Shown: positions 62,646 to 64,000 of the stretch, piece by piece
Position numbering within the stretch: the first letter of the stretch is position 1
Layout: each line of letters starts with the position of its first letter
From: Oceanispirochaeta sp.
GTDB lineage: Bacteria; Spirochaetota; Spirochaetia; DSM-2461
DNA: 64,000 nt
Assembly (NCBI GenBank): GCA_963663385.2
Contig: CAXXXD010000001.1
Location: forward strand, 32,001 to 96,000
Direction: 5' to 3'
Notes under the pieces: generated by a model
Told to the model about the DNA's origin: nothing
Databases searched by the model: none
The model's input: the letters and a program-made list of their open reading frames with translations, nothing else
Position numbers and translations under genes: made by a program

Positions 62646-64000
62646 ATGAAATATGTAAAAAGAACAATACTTTCCATTCTGATCCTGCCCGCTCTCCTTA
62701 TTTCGGAGGATCTGAATATGCAGGACCTGGACACAATTTATATTACAGAGGATCGGCCTGAAACAGAAACCGGCGCCGGTCAGAAAACCGTTATTGAAAA
62801 AGAGACATGGGAGAGGAAGGGCGCACGGACTGTCGCGGAAGCAGTACACCTGACCCCCGGGGTAACGGTCAGCCGCTCCGGCACGACCCTGGACAACTCA
62901 ACCGTCAGCATCCGGGGCGCCGGTGGAGAACAGGTGCTTGTCATGATTAATGGGATCCCTCTCAATAACGGAAAAGGGGACCCGGTCAATCTCAGCACCC
63001 TCTCTTTAAACAATATTACAGAAATTGAGATTATCCGGGGCGGCAACAGCGCCGTTTACGGTGAGGGGGCCTTCGGAGGTGTTATCAATCTGATACAGAC
63101 CGAAGAACCCGTTTACTACTCCGAAGGAGATATTTACGCTTCTGCCGGATCCTTCCAGACCTATACCGGGGGCGGATCCTTCAAACTACCCCTCAGCTTA
63201 TCGGGAAACCTGACGGCAGACCTGGCCGGAGAGTATCGCCGGACAGAAGGGGAGTTCGATTACGAATCCCGGGACGGCAGTCTCAGCCGGAGAAACAGTC
63301 AGGGCTGGGCCGATAATATCAGCAGCGGGCTGGACTGGAATGCGGGAGGTCTGGACCGGCATAAGGCATCCTTCGATTTCAAATGGTATGAGGGAGAGAG
63401 GGGAATCCCGGGACTGATGGAATTCCTCACCCCCGATGCCCGGCTGGCAGACTCCCGCCTGAGCCTCTCTACCCGGTACCGCTTCAAAGGCTACGCCGGA
63501 CAGACTCTGGATGCGGAGTACTCTCTGATCCGGCAGACCTCCTGTTTTTCCAGCGAGGAAGAATCCGTAGATGACAAACATGAAAACCTGTCCCATAGAG
63601 GCCGTCTTGACCTCAGCTATAAAAAAGAAACGGGGAGCTGGTCATTTACCCCTTTACTGGGAGGGGTCTGTTCCTATGACAGTATGACCTCCACCAGCCT
63701 GATGAGCAGCAACGGAACAACCCTTCCGGGAGAAGCGAATCAGACAGGAGGTTCCCTGTATGGGCGACTGGAATTCTCCGGTAAAAATATAACTATTACC
63801 CCGGCGGGCCGCTGGGATTTCAGCCGGACCGAATATGCGGGCTGGGATGACAGTGAGGACGACAAGGCGTCCTGGTCTTTAACTACCGTTTACAGCCTTC
63901 CGTCGTTTAAGGATAAAATCAGTCTGAAAGGGAATACGGGAACCGCTTATCACAGCCCTGGCTTTGACGACCTCTTCTGGAGCGGCGGTTCCTTTGCAGA
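62646..64000 (+). CDS. btuB: TonB-dependent receptor, BtuB-like (3' end truncated by window edge; absent from ORF track)
   Basis: Hand translation from ATG 62646: ...TPGVTV...VSIRG...QVLVMINGIPLN...IEIIRGGNSAVYGEGAFGGVINLI plug domain; B12 riboswitch upstream. Confidence 0.85.
   Translation, partial: MKYVKRTILSILILPALLISEDLNMQDLDTIYITEDRPETETGAGQKTVIEKETWERKGARTVAEAVHLTPGVTVSRSGTTLDNSTVSIRGAGGEQVLVMINGIPLNNGKGDPVNLSTLSLNNITEIEIIRGGNSAVYGEGAFGGVINLIQTEEPVYYSEGDIYASAGSFQTYTGGGSFKLPLSLSGNLTADLAGEYRRTEGEFDYESRDGSLSRRNSQGWADNISSGLDWNAGGLDRHKASFDFKWYEGERGIPGLMEFLTPDARLADSRLSLSTRYRFKGYAGQTLDAEYSLIRQTSCFSSEEESVDDKHENLSHRGRLDLSYKKETGSWSFTPLLGGVCSYDSMTSTSLMSSNGTTLPGEANQTGGSLYGRLEFSGKNITITPAGRWDFSRTEYAGWDDSEDDKASWSLTTVYSLPSFKDKISLKGNTGTAYHSPGFDDLFWSGGSFA

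Overview
Chromosomal window of a free-living, probably anaerobic spirochaete (Spirochaetaceae-like, inferred from protein style, lipoproteins and the aroF-pheA fusion). The first ~8 kb is accessory. It holds a partial IS1182-family element inserted exactly at the GTT crossover of an integron attC site, a second attC site, and between them a single ~3.74-kb AT-rich gene cassette encoding a complete three-gene ABC-three-component / Lamassu-type anti-phage system. No integron integrase is visible. A lipoprotein gene and a higBA toxin-antitoxin pair follow. The rest is mostly housekeeping and transport: deoC, LysR/YeiH, a tandem binding protein plus hybrid kinase, aapJQMP with a PLP enzyme and membrane-bound LuxR regulator, leuS, ung, aroF-pheA, a CoA-activase with an RHH-like regulator, a DUF3100/M20 module flanked by a 33-bp direct repeat, a sugar ABC system with a YesMN-type two-component pair, an archaeal-type homocysteine operon (DUF39, NIL-ferredoxin, UPF0280) and a divergent cobalamin locus (two B12 riboswitches, btuFCD-cbiZ, two surface lipoproteins and a partial TonB receptor). 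No rRNA, tRNA or CRISPR array was seen. All family calls come from motif recognition by eye; no searches were run.
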